DNA of 63,681 nt, the filler included, from Olpidium bornovanus S191 (Eukaryota; Fungi; Olpidiomycota), in the NCBI GenBank assembly GCA_017911155.1. It is 28 parts of 28 records of this genome, joined end to end, with 100 filler letters (N's around TTAATTAATTAA, not from the genome) between each part and the next. Parts side by side here need not be neighbours in the genome. Positions count along the whole stretch, not along the records: positions 59,935 to 62,385 come from JAEFCI010002021.1; positions 62,486 to 63,681 come from JAEFCI010000284.1; 26 more parts are not named here. One strand, given 5' to 3'. The notes under the pieces are model-generated. The model was not told the DNA's origin. It searched no databases and saw nothing but the letters and a program-made list of their open reading frames with translations. This document shows, one piece after another, positions 61,885 to 63,681 of the stretch. The position numbers and the translations under genes were made by a program. Each line of letters begins with the position of its first letter. Position 1 is the stretch's first letter.

Positions 61885-62385
61885 ATGCGAGATCATCATC
61901 AGCTGAAGTTCTTTTCGAACCCTGAGGCCGCCGTGCGGCGAGCGCCGCCCAAAAGCCACGCCACTCCGCAAAAGAGCCGCTCCAAATCTCCTGATTTGAG
62001 GGCCGGCGCCTCGCAGTTTCGCCGGCCCGCTACGATCTCCCAGTCTCCTCCGCCACAACAGCCCGGTGCTCGGCCGCCGCCCGTCGCAGGCGGGGGCGCC
62101 GACGTTTCGGCCGAAGAAGGCGGCGACCGGCGCCTCCACATACGTGTCGCGCAGCCCGCCTTCGGATCGGCCGAGGCCATCGCGGTTCCGAGCGCGCCGC
62201 CGTACGAAGGAAAGGAGCTGGACTACCAGGAATTATGCCACATCGCGTGGAACGCGTTCGACCTCATGATGGACGCCCAGCGCAACGCCTTTCTGAAGGG
62301 GCTCCTGCTTCGGTGCAACGGAAACCAAGTTGACTGCATATGCAGTACGCTCAATTTGCGGAGCACCGGGATCGAGAGCCTGGTC
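61885..62385 (+). CDS. Possible F-box/WD40 protein N-terminus (dimerisation-domain-like), truncated
   Basis: Disordered segment followed by WNAFDLMMDAQRNAFLKGLLLRCNGNQVDCICSTLN, resembling the helical region that precedes the F-box in Met30/Cdc4-like proteins. No F-box is visible before the contig end. Confidence 0.4.
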
Positions 62386-62694
62386 NNNNNNNNNNNNNNN
62401 NNNNNNNNNNNNNNNNNNNNNNNNNNNNNTTAATTAATTAANNNNNNNNNNNNNNNNNNNNNNNNNNNNNNNNNNNNNNNNNNNNCATGTGATAATGAGG
62501 AAATTGGGCTCGTTTTTGCGCAAGCTCTCGTTAGGAAAGAGGAAGAGATACCCCTTCATCCCGCTCGGATTGAAACAAAAAAAAAGTTACATTATTACAA
62601 ATTTTCCCTATTCCCCCGCACCCGTCCCGGTTCTTTTTGGGTTCTTTTTTTCCTTCTTATTAATGACCGGGCAAGGCGCCTTTTTTGTTCCGCT

Positions 62695-63681
62695 TCACAC
62701 GCCATCGGCAAGCGTCCGGGCACCGGCGGCGGCAATGACGGCCGTGGCCGCGAGCGCGAGCGGGCCTGCACGCGGTAACGCTCGGGCGGAGGCGGCGCCC
62801 ACGACCTGCAGAACTTCGTACTCCGGGTGGCCCATGCCGTTGCACCGCACACCGGCGAGCGGGGTGAGGCTGCGGGCCGGGTCGCCCGGAAACACGAGCT
62901 CTTTTATGCCGTACTGAGTGACGCGCGCGTACCGTTCCAGCGGGCATCGGAAGCCGAAGTACGCGGGGCAGCTCTGGATTACGGCGTAGCAGAGGTCGAC
63001 GCAGGGAAGGACCTCGACGTAGTCCGCCGCCGCCGAGACCGGGCCGGGCGCCGACGCCGTCGTCGGGGAGGAAGAGGACGAGGGGAACGGCGAGGCCGGC
63101 CGCGGGACGACAAAGCCGCGGATCGCGGTCTGCGGGGTCCGGGCCGCGATGTTCTGCACGGTGAAGTCCGGGGGGAGCTTTGCCGGGACGAGCGATTTCA
63201 GGGCCGAGGAGTTGGCTTGCGCGAGCACGATGCCGAGAAGGGCCGCGGGCGCCCGGGAAAACCCCGCGGTGACCAAGTCGACGACCGAGCGCTCCGTCGG
63301 CGGCGGGCCCCGCTCCGCAGCCTTTGCCATCTCCGCTTGACGTCGCGCATTCTCGGCCGCCTGCCGTTGCTTCTCCACTGCCGCGGCCGTCGCTGCCGGG
63401 TCGGCACATCGCGGGATCGTCACCGCGCAGACCCAGTCTCGGTAGGCATTCCGGCAGTCGTCGCAGTTCCGCGTGATCGAGTACATCTCGCGGCAGTCGG
63501 ACTGTTTCAGCGCCTGATCGAGCGCGTCCCACCGCTGCTTCGCGAAGTTGTCGTACAGCGCCGCGAGAGCCGCAGCGGTCATATTGGTTTCCGTGGCCGG
63601 ATTGCCACTCAGGCCGGTGACCTTTGGTACCGTGTAAGCCACCTGATTACAGAATGTGAGGTTCGATATTAACTGGCATGA
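62695..63681 (-). CDS. MID1: Stretch-activated Ca2+ channel subunit Mid1, C-terminal Cys-rich domain; 5' truncated
   Basis: FC..VAY.VP...YSITRNCDDCRNAYRDWVCAVTIPRC...YVEVLPCVDLCYAVIQSCPAYFGFRCP...CN, followed by a hydrophobic C-terminal tail. Confidence 0.95.
   Translation of the reverse strand, partial: SCQLISNLTFCNQVAYTVPKVTGLSGNPATETNMTAAALAALYDNFAKQRWDALDQALKQSDCREMYSITRNCDDCRNAYRDWVCAVTIPRCADPAATAAAVEKQRQAAENARRQAEMAKAAERGPPPTERSVVDLVTAGFSRAPAALLGIVLAQANSSALKSLVPAKLPPDFTVQNIAARTPQTAIRGFVVPRPASPFPSSSSSPTTASAPGPVSAAADYVEVLPCVDLCYAVIQSCPAYFGFRCPLERYARVTQYGIKELVFPGDPARSLTPLAGVRCNGMGHPEYEVLQVVGAASARALPRAGPLALAATAVIAAAGARTLADGV

Overview
This is not one locus. It is 28 short, unrelated contigs (about 1-4 kb) joined by 27 identical 100-bp artificial spacers (N44-TTAATTAATTAA-N44), so adjacency across spacers has no biological meaning. 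The DNA is from a GC-rich, intron-rich fungus with very long homopolymer and microsatellite tracts. Fungal markers include CHS7, MID1, fungal-type PKC1, WC-2, a class III G-alpha ending LKDSGIL and a fungal-type histone H3. An early-diverging lineage is my inference and is not verified. Recognisable genes, mostly fragments: TBRG1-like FYRN/FYRC protein, histone H3, MCR1, GPI18, G-alpha, a frameshifted TUM1/MPST sulfurtransferase, Spo12-like, Sel1-repeat DSF2/Nif1-like, GET4, WC-2, a universal stress protein, CHS7, PKC1, an ABCC transporter, NDUFA4/B12D-like, mitochondrial bL34 and MID1. There are many Ty3/gypsy and Ty1/copia relics, including a solo LTR with a clean 5-bp TSD. I see no rRNA, tRNA or CRISPR array and no clearly complete novel multi-gene system. 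The best leads are: (1) a chromovirus pol end abutted tail-to-tail by an antisense ORF carrying a 174-bp (58-aa) tandem array; (2) an 88% AT insert splitting that element's chromodomain; (3) CATG at or within 3 bp of about 23 of 55 contig ends; (4) a (MEHAT)n 15-bp array; (5) tandem palindromes upstream of H3. All identifications come from reading the translations, with no database searches.
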